56,734 bases of DNA from the NCBI RefSeq assembly GCF_006345805.1, contig NW_021833656.1:1-56734 (forward strand). The letters run 5' to 3'. The notes under the pieces were generated by a model. The model searched no databases. It was given only the letters and a program-made list of their open reading frames with translations, and was not told the origin of the DNA. Source of the stretch: Octopus sinensis (taxonomy: Eukaryota). How positions within the stretch are numbered: the stretch's first letter is position 1; every line of letters starts with the position of its first letter. Positions 1 through 13,077 of the stretch are shown here, piece by piece. Both the position numbers and the translations under genes were made by a program.

Positions 1-97
1 AACTGGAGCAACGTGAAATAAACTGTCTTGCTGAAGAACACAACACGCAGCCTCACATTCGTAAGCTCGACGCTCTAACCACTGAACTATGCGCCTT

Positions 98-100
<3 letters not shown>
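1..100 (-). mobile_element. 5' part of a tRNA-derived SINE (B-box region deleted)
   Basis: Reverse complement reads gtgaaggcgcatagttcagtggttagagcg...ttatttcacgttgctccagtt, matching the SINE head at 13078; the gtgagttcgattcc segment is missing. Confidence 0.75.
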
Positions 101-129
<29 letters not shown>

Positions 130-307
130 GATGCATGTATGTGTATATATATTTATCAAATTTTAGTCGGTGATTCCGGAAGAAGTGGTAAGAACCATAC
201 TACAGGCACCTGATACGTGAGAGAGAAGGTTTATTCATTCATTTCACGCGGGTTCTTACAGGGATAACCCTCTCGCATTGATATGGGAATTATCAATGTG
301 AATGCAC

Positions 308-358
<51 letters not shown>

Positions 359-745
359 TTGTGTGTGTGTCTGTGTGTGCTTTGTGTGTGTGTGTGTCTG
401 TGTCTGTGTGTGCTTTGTGTGTGTGTCTGTGTCTGTGTGTGCTTTGTGTGTGTGTGTGTCTGTGTGTGCTTTGTGTGTGTGTCTGTGTGTGTTTTGTGTG
501 TGTGTGTGTGTGTGTCTGTGTGTGCTTTGTGTGTGTGTGTGTCTGTGTGTGCTTTGTGTGTGTGTGTGTCTGTGTGTGTTTTGTGTGTGTGTGTGTGTGT
601 CTGTGTGTGCTTTGTGTGTGCTTTGTGTGTGTGTGAATATATATATATACATCTGTGTGCGAACGCGTATGTATTTATACATATGTTTGTGTGTTTGTGT
701 GTGTGTGCATGCGTGTGTGAGTGTGTTTGTGTGTCTGTGGGTGGG
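308..745. repeat. Compound (TG)n microsatellite with recurring gtct/gcttt variant units
   Basis: Directly visible; source of the poly-CV/HT ORFs. Confidence 0.95.
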
Positions 746-1245
746 TGGGTGCATATATATCCATAAAGTCATAAATAAATATATGGAACACATTAAAAAT
801 GCACACACATCGAAATAAATTTAATTAAATATTCTATAAAAAAATTAAAAAGAGTATTAAATAAAATACGTTAACTATAAATATAATTTTTATTTGTAAA
901 CTTCCAAAAATAAAAAAAACAAAAACACATGAGCATCTGTGTGCGTCTATGCATATATGTGAAGGCGCGTGTGTGTGTATGTGCGAGTGCGAGCGTGCGT
1001 GCGTGCGTGCTTATGTACCTTCGTACATGTTTGAATAACGGAATTTCTTTATGTCATTCATGTAACGTATATCCCTCGCATATTGGCAGCAGGAATCAAA
1101 ATACGTAAATTAATGCATTTAAATCAATCCAGAATATTCCATAGAGTGTTGGGGGTGTTGCGTTAGGCCATTATCACACTGTGCCATACTTATTTTAGCA
1201 ACATAGAAATATAGTTGTGATTCACGTCGATATCATGAGAGTAAT

Positions 1246-1637
1246 GTGGAGGCACAATGGTCTAGTGGTTAGGGCAGCGGACACGCTGTCGTAGGATGGC
1301 AGTTTCGATTCTCAGACCGGGCATTGTGAGTGTTTATTGAGCGAAAACACCTAAAGCTCCGAGAGGCTCCGAGAGGCTCCGGCAGGGGGTGGTGGCAAAC
1401 CCTGCTGTACTCTTTCACCACAACTTTCTCTAACTCCTTCCTGTTTCTGTTGTACCTGTATTTTCAAAGGGCCAGCCTTGTCACACTCTGTGTCACGCTA
1501 AACCTTCCCGCGAACTGCAGTAAGCGTACACGTGTCTGTGGAGTGCTCAGCCACTTACACGTTAATTTCACGAGCAGGCTGTTCCGTTGATCGGATCAAC
1601 TGGAACCCTCATCGTCGCAACCGACGGAGTGCCACCA
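1246..1637 (+). mobile_element. Full-length tRNA-derived SINE with 8-bp TSD
   Basis: A-box-like tggtctagtgg and B-box-like gtttcgattc; 3' end gtcgcaaccgacggagtgccacca shared with copies at 25346, 34660 and 37114; agagtaat at 1238-1245 and 1641-1648. Confidence 0.85.
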
Positions 1638-2084
1638 ATTAGAGTAATAATAAAGCATAATTTCCACCACTAAAAATATATCCATAAAACGCCCATTATT
1701 TATTCCTTTACCATTTAAATCATTAATTGTGGTTTTCTGAGTTTTTTTTACAATTTTAAAAGATAAAATTACTGAAAATGTATTTTATTTAATAATAAAA
1801 ATTTAAATTTTAAAATCCAATATTTTTATAGATTTAAAAAATATATTCCGTTTTCAATTTGTTTATCCATATGTGAATGTGTGTGTGTGTGTGTGTATGC
1901 GTCTGTGTGTGTTTTAGATGTTAATATTTGATATTCTGTTTTCTACTAATATACGGTTTTGAGAATATCATGTGGCTCATCGTATTTAGGGATGTGTTTG
2001 CCTTTCTCCCTTTATCCATCTCTCTCTCTCTTTCTCTGCTTCTATGCGCATGTTTTAGTTACTCTTTTACTCTTTTACTTGTTT

Positions 2085-2288
2085 CTGTCATTTTTGACTG
2101 CGGCATGCTGGAGCACCGCCTTTAGTCGAGCAAATCGACCCCAAGACTTATTCTTTGTAAGCCTAGTACTTATTCTATCGGTCCCTTATGCCGAACCGCT
2201 AGTTGTTGGTGACATAAACACAACAGCGTCGGTTGTCAAGTGATGTTGGGGGACACACACACACAAACATACACACACACACACACAC

Positions 2289-2337
<49 letters not shown>

Positions 2338-2512
2338 CACACACAGAGACACACACATATATATATACATGACGGGCTTCTTTCAGTTTCCGTCTACCAA
2401 ATCCACTCACAATGCTTTGGTCGGCCCGAGGCTATAGTTGCAGACACTTGCCCAAAGTGCCACGCAGTGGGACTGAACCCGGAACCATGTGGTTGGTAAG
2501 CAAGCAACTTAC
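2085..2512 (-). mobile_element. tRNA-derived SINE with internal (CA)n/(TA)n tract
   Basis: Minus strand carries ggttccgggttcagtccc (B box); related pieces at 15370-15420, 44345-44495 and 47120-47235. Confidence 0.75.
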
Positions 2513-2519
2513 TATACGG

Positions 2520-3170
2520 AGTGGATAAAGGATACTCTCCGCCGGGGTCTGATTGGAAGTGGGCCCAGGCTTTTAAATGTGAAATTGTTGCCGGCGGTTG
2601 ATTGGGTGGGGTAAAAAGCGGTTTTGAGCCTATGGACCCAATCAGCCGATAAAGATTTGGTATTTCTAGATTTTCTGAAGATGGCCGGTTGCAGGTACCC
2701 AGTGATACCTGAGGGATGCCCCCACCAAATGTCACCTGTGCTTGGAATCGGGCCATATTAAGAAGAACTGTACCCAGGACCAAAGTAGGTTCCTGGAGCA
2801 GTTAATTAAAGTAGCGCCCCCTCCTTCTTTGGAGGGAGAGATGGAGGCAGTCGAGGAGGTGGAGACCTCCTCGAAAAAAGGGAAAAAAGAAGGTGGGTAA
2901 CAATGGTTGCCCACCGAAGGACCCCAAAGCTGCGGGAAGGAGGGAAGCTGAGGGAGCGGAGGAACTACACCCTCCCGTAGCACAAGGGAGAAAAAAAACA
3001 GAAGACGAAGAACAGGACATTGCCGATGGTTAGTAGTACACTGCCGGCATGTCCTGAAACCTCGTCGGTGGTACAATCCGAATGTGTAGAGAGCAGAGTA
3101 GGAGAGGAATATATAAACGTAGGGAGAAATAAGTAGTAGAAGACGGGAAGAAAGAAGAAAATATAAGAGA
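2520..3170 (+). mobile_element. Degenerate gag-like ORF1 of an L1/Tx1-type LINE with CCHC zinc knuckle
   Basis: 2730-2771 translates CHLCLESGHIKKNC (CX2CX4HX4C), preceded across a frameshift by FLKMAGCRYPVIPEG and followed by an E/K-rich low-complexity tail; stops and frameshifts present. Confidence 0.7.
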
Positions 3171-3199
3171 GTGAGAGGAACGAGGAATTTAAGCAAAGT

Positions 3200-3909
3200 C
3201 AGGTGAATGATAATAAATAATAGAGCTGTTTTGGCTCAATCACAGAATTTAAGTCAGGGGAGGGGTGTTTGAAGAAAAGCTAATTAGGAGGGAAGAGGGT
3301 GGAGAAATATTTTTGGGTGTTGGGGAAAAAGAAAGTGTGTACGAAGAAAGCAAGGTAGAGTGAGCGATTCAAGGACGGTTACTTGACTGTTGGTATTCAA
3401 AGGGCTTTTTTGGTTGAATCAAAGAAATTAGCAAGGGAGTGGTATTTTAAAAAACAAAACAAAAAAAAACCGAGGTATGAAGTGGTGGAGGTGAATGTAT
3501 TTGTAAGTTTACGGATGGGGGGAGTAGGAGGGGGGAGTTGAAATAAAAGGAAAGAGAAAAAATTTAGATGATAAGGAAACATACGGAGAGATATTTGTAA
3601 CTGACAATCAAGGAATTAAAGGGGCGACACATTGTTTATATATAGTGGGAGTGAGAGGGTGGATAAGAGGGAGACAAGTATGGAGGTAAAGGGGAGAAAA
3701 GAGCGTGGTGGGGTTGTAATTATTGGTATTTTGAGAATTGATTTAGTGACCGATGTCCGCAGGTGACTATTATACCGCTGGCTTCACTGGGACAATCCGT
3801 AGATTGCAAAATAACCATGACCTCGGCTATGCAGAGGTCACACTTGTTATCATAGCTGCTGTAAGGCTTGGTGTGGGTGATTATGGACCACTTGACAGTG
3901 TAAGGAGTT
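3200..3909 (-). mobile_element. 3' end of a Penelope-like element (C-terminus of GIY-YIG endonuclease plus putative 3' region)
   Basis: Minus strand 3909-3750 translates TPYTVKWSIITHTKPYSSYDNKCDLCIAEVMVILQSTDCPSEASGIIVTCGHR, like the KWSI...PY...C-LC--EK...CRH tail of PLE endonucleases; assignment of 3200-3750 is inference. Confidence 0.6.
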
Positions 3910-3933
3910 GAATCAAGCGTTAGTTACTGATAA

Positions 3934-4443
3934 GTATGGGGAGTTAAGTGGCCAGCTGTTAGGGATGATATGGTCGCAGAAATTGTCTCACAACCATGAC
4001 TGGGTTCTCCTACTTGTGTGGCATGGTGCAAAGTCCTGTTCCCAGACATAGGGTCTTGCAGCAGCCACCCTGTTGACCCAGGGCAGCACTACCTCTTCCA
4101 GGCCCTTGATGTAGGCCTCTGTGTTGAGTGTGAGGCCGTGTGGGACGATGAATGGAGGCATCACTAGTGATCACTCCAAACATCATGATGTTGCCTGGAC
4201 GTTTGATATTTATCAATTTCAGTAGGTTTTGGGGACACAGCAAGCCAACGGTTGTTCTGTGTATTCACCATCTGACCTTGGCAGAAATTTTTCACATCTG
4301 AGAAAAACCAAAGCATGTTCGATCGGAGTGCGCAACTGACCCTACTATCCTGTGTAGTAAACAAAATAAAAAAACAAAAACAAACAATGTACATGCGCGA
4401 AATTAAAACTATAAAATGTTGGCAATTTACCCATCGCACCCTG
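3934..4443 (-). mobile_element. Internally deleted Tc1/mariner-superfamily transposon, probably DD37D (maT)
   Basis: WFFSDVKNF...NTQNNRWLA, NIMMFGVITSD and QDFAPCHTSRRTQSWL*DNFCDHIIPNSWPLNSP motifs; spacing to the expected SPDxNPLD position gives 37 residues; end reads TA-cagggtgcgatgggtaaattg on the minus strand (4445-4423). Confidence 0.75.
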
Positions 4444-4445
4444 TA

Positions 4446-4478
4446 TATACATACATACATACATATATATACACATAC

Positions 4479-4511
<33 letters not shown>

Positions 4512-4782
4512 CATATATATACACACATACATACATATATATATACATATATATACACACATACATATATATATATATACATATATATATACACACATAC
4601 ATACATACTACATATATATATACATATATATACACACATACATACATACATACATATATATATACACACATACATATATATACACATACATACATACATA
4701 TATACATACATAATATATATATATATATAATATATATATATATGTATGTCATTATAATATATATATATAATATATGTATGTC

Positions 4783-4832
<50 letters not shown>

Positions 4833-4833
4833 A

Positions 4834-4870
<37 letters not shown>
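4446..4870. repeat. (TA)n/(TACA)n microsatellite block
   Basis: Directly visible. Confidence 0.95.
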
Positions 4871-4875
<5 letters not shown>

Positions 4876-5415
4876 TTTATTTCAAGATTTCTTGCCAACA
4901 GAGAAAGAATCGGTTTCTAACCTAGATCCACGGCTCCTTCATTGGAATTACATCAACAGTAGGGTATTTTTGTTTGTTTGGTTGTATGTTTCTGTGTATG
5001 TATAAAAGTGTCTATCCACCTGTTTCTCTAACTCTGTCCGTCTGTCTGTGTTTCTGTCTGTTCGTTTCTCACTTTCTCTTCCTCTCTGTCTGTCTACCCC
5101 TCTCTCTCTAGTCATGTATAAATATATTAACACTTGAAATAGAATGCAAAACTCTTTGACGGGAAGTTACCACAAATAATATCCTCAGAAAATACATCTT
5201 ACAGTGTTTGTTTTATTTATTTTTTCAATTTCTCATTTATCTTGTTATTTCGACCAGGAAAAAAATACATGTAATTTCTAAAATTTTAAAGAATTTTAAA
5301 GAATAATAACAAACACAGTTTAATCATAATATATCCTCAGACTGTTTCTGTCGCAAATATAACACAACTCTTTTAATCTTACATACTCTCTCTCTCAATT
5401 CACTTTTCACGAGAG

Positions 5416-5508
5416 AGAGAGAGAGAGGAGGAGGGAGAGAGAGAAATAATAATAATATTAATAATAATAATAATAATAATATTAATAATAATAATAATAA
5501 TAGTAATA

Positions 5509-5579
<71 letters not shown>

Positions 5580-5581
5580 AA
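5416..5581. repeat. (GA)n, (ATA)n and (GAT)n microsatellites
   Basis: Directly visible; abuts the 5' end of the R4/Dong LINE. Confidence 0.95.
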
Positions 5582-8500
5582 AGCAAATCATGATTGAATG
5601 GCTGAAAATTAAAGAAACAAGTCTGAATGAACGCGAAACTCCCCAAAATTCGCAATTCTAAACAAAACCTGAAAGTAATTGGTAAAATCCGCCTTGCACT
5701 TAAGGATATAATTTAAGGTAATGATGTTGGTATTACAAATCTCAACTACCTGTACTATGCATTCGCGAAAATCTCAACGATTCTATGTGGTGAAAAGATT
5801 AGAAAACGACAACATTCCCACAAAAAGCCTTCTTGGCAAGAGCGTATTCAACACCAAATTAAGCTACTTAGATCTGACATAGAATGTTTAAAAACCTTAA
5901 GTTTGATGAGACTATCAAACCAACAAAAATCCGAAAATTAAAGAAAAAAATATAATATGGAAACCATATTTGACATTGATGCCACCATAGAAACCATCAA
6001 GCAAAAGGTATGTGCTAAAGCTGCCCGCATAGCAAGGAATGAAAAGCGCATTAGATTCTTCAAGGACAACATGTATAAAAATAACCCCCAAAAGTTTTAC
6101 AGGAAGATAGGGAAAATACCAGTTACAGTACAGAAATAGAAAATCTACTGACTTAGACTCCTTAGAAGAGCAAAAGTGGGAGAGTATCAAGGTAGAGGAT
6201 GTAAGACGGCTCTTAGGAAGTCAAGGAAAAGATAAAATTCCTAATTTCTGAGAGCCATGAACTGGTAACAAAATTTTACAACAATGTTTTACAACAACCT
6301 AGTATGATTCCATCGTGGTTAGTTAATGGTGTTACATTCCTAATACCGAAAAATGAAGTAACAAATGAACCAAAAAGTTATGGATCCATAATCTGCTTAA
6401 CAACAACGTATAAAATACTAACTTTGTCTTGGCTGAATATAACCCATAGTTTTTTAATAGTAAGTGGCAAATTCCCTAATGAGCAAAAAGGATGTAAACG
6501 TGACGCCTATAGTTGTAAAAATCAGCTACTCATCAATAAGATTGTCACAAACGACACAAGAAGCTTTTGAAAGTTTACCACGTAGCTGGATTAATAAATG
6601 CCTGGAAATGTATAAAATAGCACCTACTCCGCGAAACTTCTTGTCTGTAAGTATGAGATCATGGAGAACCACACTGACTTTGAACAGTGACAATGAATCT
6701 CTCAATGCTGGAGATATATGAATTTCATGTGGCATTTTCCAGGGTGACTCTCTATCACCACTCCTCTTCCGTTTAGCCTTAATACCTCTCTCGAAATTGC
6801 TCGATGATGTACAATATTGCTATAAAATGTTTAATAAAAATATAAATCATCTCATTTACAGAGATGATTTAAAGCTCTTTGCAAAAAATGACCAACAACT
6901 CAAGGGCTTACTAGCGATTGTTAAACAATTCAGTGATGACATCAGGATGCAATTTGGCCTCGATAAATGTGCAAAAGCTACCTTTATCTACGACAGAAAC
7001 CTCTAACGTTAACCTCAACCAGCAGAATGTCATAAAAGAATTAGAACCAGCGGAGAGCTGCAAGTACCTAGCGGGTATTTGAAGGTGATGGGATCAAACA
7101 TTCAGTGATGAGGGAAATGATCAGGAGAGAATGTTATCGCAGGGTGAGAGCAATACTGAAGACAGAGCTGAATGCAAGAAAAGGCTCGAAGTGATCAATA
7201 CTTTAGCCATACCAGTCGTGAATTACAGTTTCACTATCATCAACTGGTCAATTACTGAAATATGTAATCTTGACAGAAAAATACTAAAATTGTTGACAAT
7301 GCATAGAATGTACCACCCTAAGGCAGATATAGAACGACTTTACCTATCAAGAAAAGAGGGTGATCTTGGATTTTTACAACTGGAATTAACAAAGAAGATT
7401 GCCACAATCGGCCTGGACACATACCTGAAAAACTCTGATGACTGTATGTTAAAACTTTTTAAAACGTGTTTCAAAGAATGGAAACGAGAAAGCATCATAT
7501 TCAGTAACAAATCTAGGAAAGGAATATCTAAGTGAATTCCAAATACAAATTCTAGAATTAGAGGTACTAGAAACAAGAGCAGAAAAAGCTAAGAGTATGA
7601 AAACCTGTGCTAAGACTGCTGCCTTAGATATTCTTACTGATAAATGAAAAGAAAAACCTCTCAATGGCAAATGCACAAAGAGAGATAATAATGCCGATAT
7701 TGACAAAACCCTTACCCATCAATGGTTAGTGTCTTCTGGCTTAAAATTAGAAACAAAAATGTTTATCATATCAGCCTAAGATCAATGCCTACGTACAAGG
7801 AGCTACCAGGCCAGCATATTAAAGAACGGCAGTAGCCCAACTTGTCGTGTATGCAAACAACAAAATGAAGCTAGTGATCACGTTGTCTCCATGTGAAGTC
7901 TTCTTGCACCTGCAGAGTATCTCAACAGGTATGATAGAGTAGCACAGTATATTGACTGGGTAAATTGCAAAACTTTGACTTGCCTCATGATAAGAACTGA
8001 TGGGAACACAAATTACCTTAAAAATTGCCACATCTCACTCTTTTGGAATTTTCCTGGTGAAACTGACAGAAAGATAGATGCAAATAGGCCAGAAGGATTT
8101 CAGACAAAAATCATGCCACCTCATCGATATGACGTTCCCAATCGATATAAACGTATCTGTCAAGACCTACCAAACATTGAGCAAGTATAAAGATATCGAA
8201 ATAAAATTTGGCAAAATGTGGAACCTGAAGACTAAAACAATACCTGTTGTCATTGGTGCCCTGGGAATGATAGCAAAAGGTGCTGATTGCTACCTGTCCC
8301 GGATACCAGGAAATCCATAAATGAAAGACATTCAAAAATTAGCGCTCATGGCAACTGCCCATATGCTACATAAGACATTTTAATCTGTAAACAGTGTCAA
8401 AGATATTTTTAACTGTATATATATAGCAAGCACGTTTTACTGTCATCTTAACATGACACTGCTATCTTATAATCAAATCACGTTTAAAAGAAACTTCTAT

Positions 8501-8662
8501 CTTACTTGTTTTGCCAGACATTCTCTAGAACAATGCTCTGTGCAAAACCAAATATGCGGCACCCTAGTCATAAGACCAACTTGAACTTCTAGCTTGTTGT
8601 CTCTTGAGGTCTGTGGGTGAGATTTGGAGTCAACGTGTGCAAATACAAAGCAAAATCAAATA
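5582..8662 (+). mobile_element. Degenerate R4/Dong-clade non-LTR retrotransposon (RT, CCHC finger, restriction-like endonuclease)
   Basis: Fragments: GVTFLIPK...PKSYGSIICL..YKILT, EQKGC, AFESLPRSWI, GIFQGDSLSPLLF, INHLIYRDDLKLFAK, FGLDKCAK, INTLAIPVVNYSF, RLYLSRKEG, CRVCKQQNEASDHVVS, ANRP..LIDMTFP..KYKD..KTIPVVIGALG; many stops and frameshifts. Confidence 0.9.
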
Positions 8663-8699
8663 GGACACGGAGAAGAATTACGTAAGAAGGGATAACACA

Positions 8700-8790
8700 C
8701 AATCAATTCCTTGCAGCCACAACAGAAGTTGCTGGAAAAAATAGGTGCGATTGGCTAAAGAAAGGAACACTAAAAGCAGTACCCAAAAAG
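8700..8790 (+). mobile_element. Short R4/Dong LINE fragment
   Basis: Translates QFLAATTEVAG...DWLKKGTLK, resembling the GQF...W.WLKKG.LK segment between RT and the zinc finger. Confidence 0.45.
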
Positions 8791-9602
8791 AGGCAAGGTA
8801 CAGCTCCTAGCAGGGATAGGATTACCATATAGAAGCTTCAGTAGCTTGAGTAAGCAAATTGAAACGGAAGGCTACTGTAGCAAGTCGTAAAAGGCGGTAA
8901 TATGACGTAATGGTCATGCTGCCCGAACAAGTATAATAGTTAGTTTCCCATTGGTTAAAATTACTGCCCATATTTGAATTGTAAACTTTCGTCAAAGAGA
9001 AATCTTTCACGAAATATGGTTCTTAGAATTCAGGTATGAGCTGTTATAAAAGCCCTGATTTTTGGGGAATTAATCAATGATCGTTGGTTGTTACTCGACC
9101 CTACGACACTCACACCAGTGCCCGTTGGTTATCACTAGACTTCACTACACTTATGATAGTATTTGTTGGTCGTAACTCTCTACGACAAATTTTCTCCGAC
9201 TTCTAAATGTATTGTAAATATCAAATGTACATAAATAAACTAGTGTAGTAAATAATTTCTCTTTCTTCATTTTCCTCAACCTGTTATTGAAATTTATTTT
9301 TGAAACTATGAAACTGTTTTTTATAGCGGTGAAAAAGAACACGAACTTATTTATCTTCAACATACATGCACGTTCAAAATGTCTGTTAAGCGTCTTGACG
9401 TATATATTTTTACTACGGCGTTTATGTAACTTGAGTTAAAATTTATGTATAGTGATATTACTTATAATCAAGTTATGAGTGACGGGTTTATGAAGATAGA
9501 TTCCTACTCAAGAAATAAAATATATTTATTATTTATTCCAAGTCGAAACCATATAAATAAGATTAAACACCCTTATAAAAGCGGTGTCATTCACCGTTAT
9601 AC

Positions 9603-9740
9603 TACAAATACATTGGTGTCCAACTAGATAATAGAGAAAGAAATGAAAGAGCAACTGAGGATGGAGTATTTCCGAGCACTGAGGCTGGTGTTGCGCTCAA
9701 AAGTGACCGGGTGGAATAAAATCGAAGGAGTTAATACTAT
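9603..9740 (+). mobile_element. R4/Dong LINE fragment (post-RT region)
   Basis: YKYIGV then, after a frameshift, IEKEMKEQLRMEYFRALRLVLRSKVTGWNKIEGVNT; followed directly by (ATA)n. Confidence 0.65.
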
Positions 9741-9760
9741 AATGATAATAATAATAATAA

Positions 9761-10174
9761 ATGCCCTGATGCAGTACCAAGCAGTGGCTCTCGTAGCTTC
9801 TGATCTTAACTGATTGGAAGTGTTATCGCGTACATTGTTTTGTCTTGGTATAAAAGATGGGCTACAGCAAATATTCTGCTCAATACCACAGATTTGCTTG
9901 TCAGTTGTTTGACCGTAACCAGTTGAGCATGTCCCTTAGTGGCTGACGATATGTCCAGCTCTGATCACGAGCAGAAGCAGTGGGGGAGCATCATAGCCAT
10001 GTGTTGAGAGGAATTCTTTGTGGTTTGGATAATTCACCTCTGGAAACATGGGTGTTTCGTTCAATATCCTTAAACAATCCTTATTCAGGGTCTTTTTGAG
10101 CGGGATGGGCTACTCGACCTGAAGTAAATCCTAACTGAAGCCCACCTACAATGTTATACGCTGCTCTCCCACTC
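9761..10174 (+). mobile_element. Non-coding ~540-bp repeat family in trinucleotide arrays, copy 1 (internally deleted)
   Basis: Reverse complement of 25959-26500 and 29086-29580; ends atgccctgatgcag and ctctcccactc. Confidence 0.8.
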
Positions 10175-10192
10175 ACAACAACAACTACTACA

Positions 10193-10247
<55 letters not shown>

Positions 10248-10269
10248 ATAATAATAATAATAATAATCC

Positions 10270-10909
10270 TTTCTACTATAGGCACAAAGCCTGAAATTTT
10301 GGGGTAAGGGGCAAGTCGATTACATCGACCCCAGTACTCAACTGGTACTTGATTTATCGACCCCGAAAGGATGAAAGGGAAAGTCGACGTCGGTGGAGTT
10401 TTAAATCAGAACTTGAAGACGGCCAAAATGTCGCTAAATATTCTCTCCGGCGTACTAACAATTCTTAATTCTTTATTGCCCACAAGGGGCTAAACATAGA
10501 GGGGACAAACTAGGACAGACAAAGGGATTAAGTCGTTTACATCGACCCCAGTGCGTAGCTGGTACTTAATTTATCGACCCCGAAAGGATGAAAAGCAAAG
10601 TCGACCTCGACGGAATTTTTACTCAGAACGTAACGGCAGACGAAATACCTATTTCTTTACTACCCACAAGGGGCTAAACACAGAGAGGACAAACAAGGAC
10701 AGACAAACGAGTTAAGTCGATTATATCAACTCCAGTGCGTAACTGGTACTTATTTAATCGACCCCGAAAGGATGAAAGACAAAGTGGACCTCGGCGGAAT
10801 TTGAACTCAGAACGTAGCGGCAGACGAAATACCGCTAAGCATTGCCTCCGACGTGCTAACGTTTCTGCCTGCTCGCCGCGTGCTGACAATTCTGCTAGCT
10901 TACTGCCTT
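10270..10909 (-). mobile_element. Multimeric SINE (tRNA-like head plus ~3 units of ~184 bp)
   Basis: Repeated atcgaccccgaaaggatgaaa core; unit junction cgaaatacctatttcttt at 10641-10658. The core resembles the Meta domain of MetaSINEs (from recollection, not a search). Confidence 0.8.
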
Positions 10910-10929
10910 AATAATGATAACAACAATAA

Positions 10930-10989
<60 letters not shown>

Positions 10990-10990
<1 letters not shown>

Positions 10991-11395
10991 TTTAACAACG
11001 CTGGGATTTTTCCTTAAAGACTTTTCTTGCTTTTTAAGTAACGAGATCAAATATGGTTATTGTAGGCAAGAAGTACAGAGTAATACATCGTAATGCCTCC
11101 TGGTCACAGAATGAATAACAAAGAGATTGAGAAAATTAATATGAGGACAAAACGCAAGAGCTGAAGCGAGTGTAAAAGAGTAAGACTATTCCTGTGGTAA
11201 GTGATGGGTTTTGGCACAACATCCTGAAGGATATTGGAATTGAAAGTCATATTATCGACCTGTAGGAATGTGCCATTGTGCCATTGTGACATTTAATATT
11301 CAGCAACAATCCCAAGAAAGATTCTTCAGATTTGAGGAGACTTGATGTCACCAAACCTCAAGAGAACATCTCTGACAACTAAAATAACGTAAAAG
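10990..11395 (+). mobile_element. 5'-truncated R4/Dong LINE 3' end inside an (AAT)n array
   Basis: MNNKEIEKIN..ED...VKTIPVV endonuclease-tail motifs; (AAT)n at ~10925-10989 and ~11400-11690. Confidence 0.7.
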
Positions 11396-11492
11396 CTATA
11401 ATAGTAATAGTAGTGGTAAAAGTGGATGTAGAATTTCTAGTAATAATAATGATAGTAGTAGTACTACTACTACCAATAATAATAATAATAAC

Positions 11493-11532
<40 letters not shown>

Positions 11533-11634
11533 TTAATGATTATAATGATAATAATAATAATGATAATAATAATAATAATGATAATGATAATAATAATAAT
11601 GATAATAATATTAATGATAATAATAATAATGATG

Positions 11635-11689
<55 letters not shown>

Positions 11690-12169
11690 TGGAACCAGTC
11701 AAAAGATGAAAAACTAGAGATATCTACAAGCACATTAGAAATATGAAAGACAATTATGATTTTCGAGAAAAAAATTAATTTTATGAACGCTCTTGCTCAT
11801 AATCTTAAATTTTAATATCTCAATCCTATTTCTTCTTTTTTTGTTGTTTTTGTTACACACTTTAGATTTTAGTTGTCATTTTTCAGTCTTCTTGATAAAT
11901 TTTAAAATACAATATTTGAAATAAAGTTTTGAATTTAGTTTAGTGTTTATATAACCATCTCTATTATCTACGTATCATTTTATGGACATTTCTTTGTTTT
12001 TGATGTGTTCAGTAAAATAAAGGAAAGAAATTGCAGGAAAAAAAAAACAAACAAAAACAAACATGAGAAAGTTTTTAAATTTAAGAATGTTGTTTTGATT
12101 TTGTCTCTTTTTTTTCATATTTTTGAAACTACATTCTAATTTTCGTTACTTCCCATATCAATGATATGT

Positions 12170-12276
12170 GTATGTGTATATATATATACATACATATATA
12201 TATATATATGTACATAGATGTATACATACACGCACGCACACACACACAAACATGTATATGTATGCATATATATATA

Positions 12277-12330
<54 letters not shown>

Positions 12331-12668
12331 GGAAATACATATGCGTATATATGTATATATATAAATATATATATATGTACATACATATGCATATACATGT
12401 CCATACATATGCTTATAACATATGTACATATATATATACAAACGCACAAAACACTATACATCCATATATATATATATATTGATAATGTTTATACCTAAAA
12501 CATTAACTCCACTCTTGTTTACTCTTTATACATTCATATGCATTCATATGTACATACATACATACATATATATGCATATATATATATATGTATATATATA
12601 TGTATGTATATACATACAAACGTACTCATACGTATATTTACATACACACATAAACACTTACACAAACG

Positions 12669-12733
<65 letters not shown>

Positions 12734-12790
12734 GCATATATATATATACGTGTGTGTGTGTGTGTGGTTACATACGTATACACACTACGC
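12170..12790. repeat. (TA)n/(CA)n/(TACA)n microsatellite block
   Basis: Directly visible. Confidence 0.9.
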
Positions 12791-13077
12791 ATGTGCTGCA
12801 AAGGGCAAATAACACGGAGAGTTTGTTAAGCGCTACTTTACAAGTATTCCAAATGTTCAGGTAGTCTGTGTTGCCGTACACCGAGCGAATGAAAGCCAAA
12901 GAAACTCAACAGATCTACTTCAAGAGGAATTGTTGTCTGGCTACGTAACTAGAAAGCTAGGTGTCAGCCATAATGTTAAACATAGTAATCTATCTTTTGA
13001 CTTGTTAGAGATACATTAAAATTATCTTGTATTATTACCTGTATTATTCAGAAAAGTTAGGTAGCTACCAAGTAATT

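Noticed and set aside
3205-3260. Possible hammerhead relic in the PLE 3' region (minus: tgattgagccaaaacagctc)
   Set aside because: Both core segments are mutated and the stems do not pair.
9935-10070. CTGACGA ... GAAAC in the ~540-bp element as a hammerhead
   Set aside because: Stem I cannot form and the spacing is implausible.
12885-12980. Tc1 N-terminus-like peptide (MKAKE..STDL...RKLGVSHN)
   Set aside because: Needs a frameshift, is very short and has no TIR or downstream domain.
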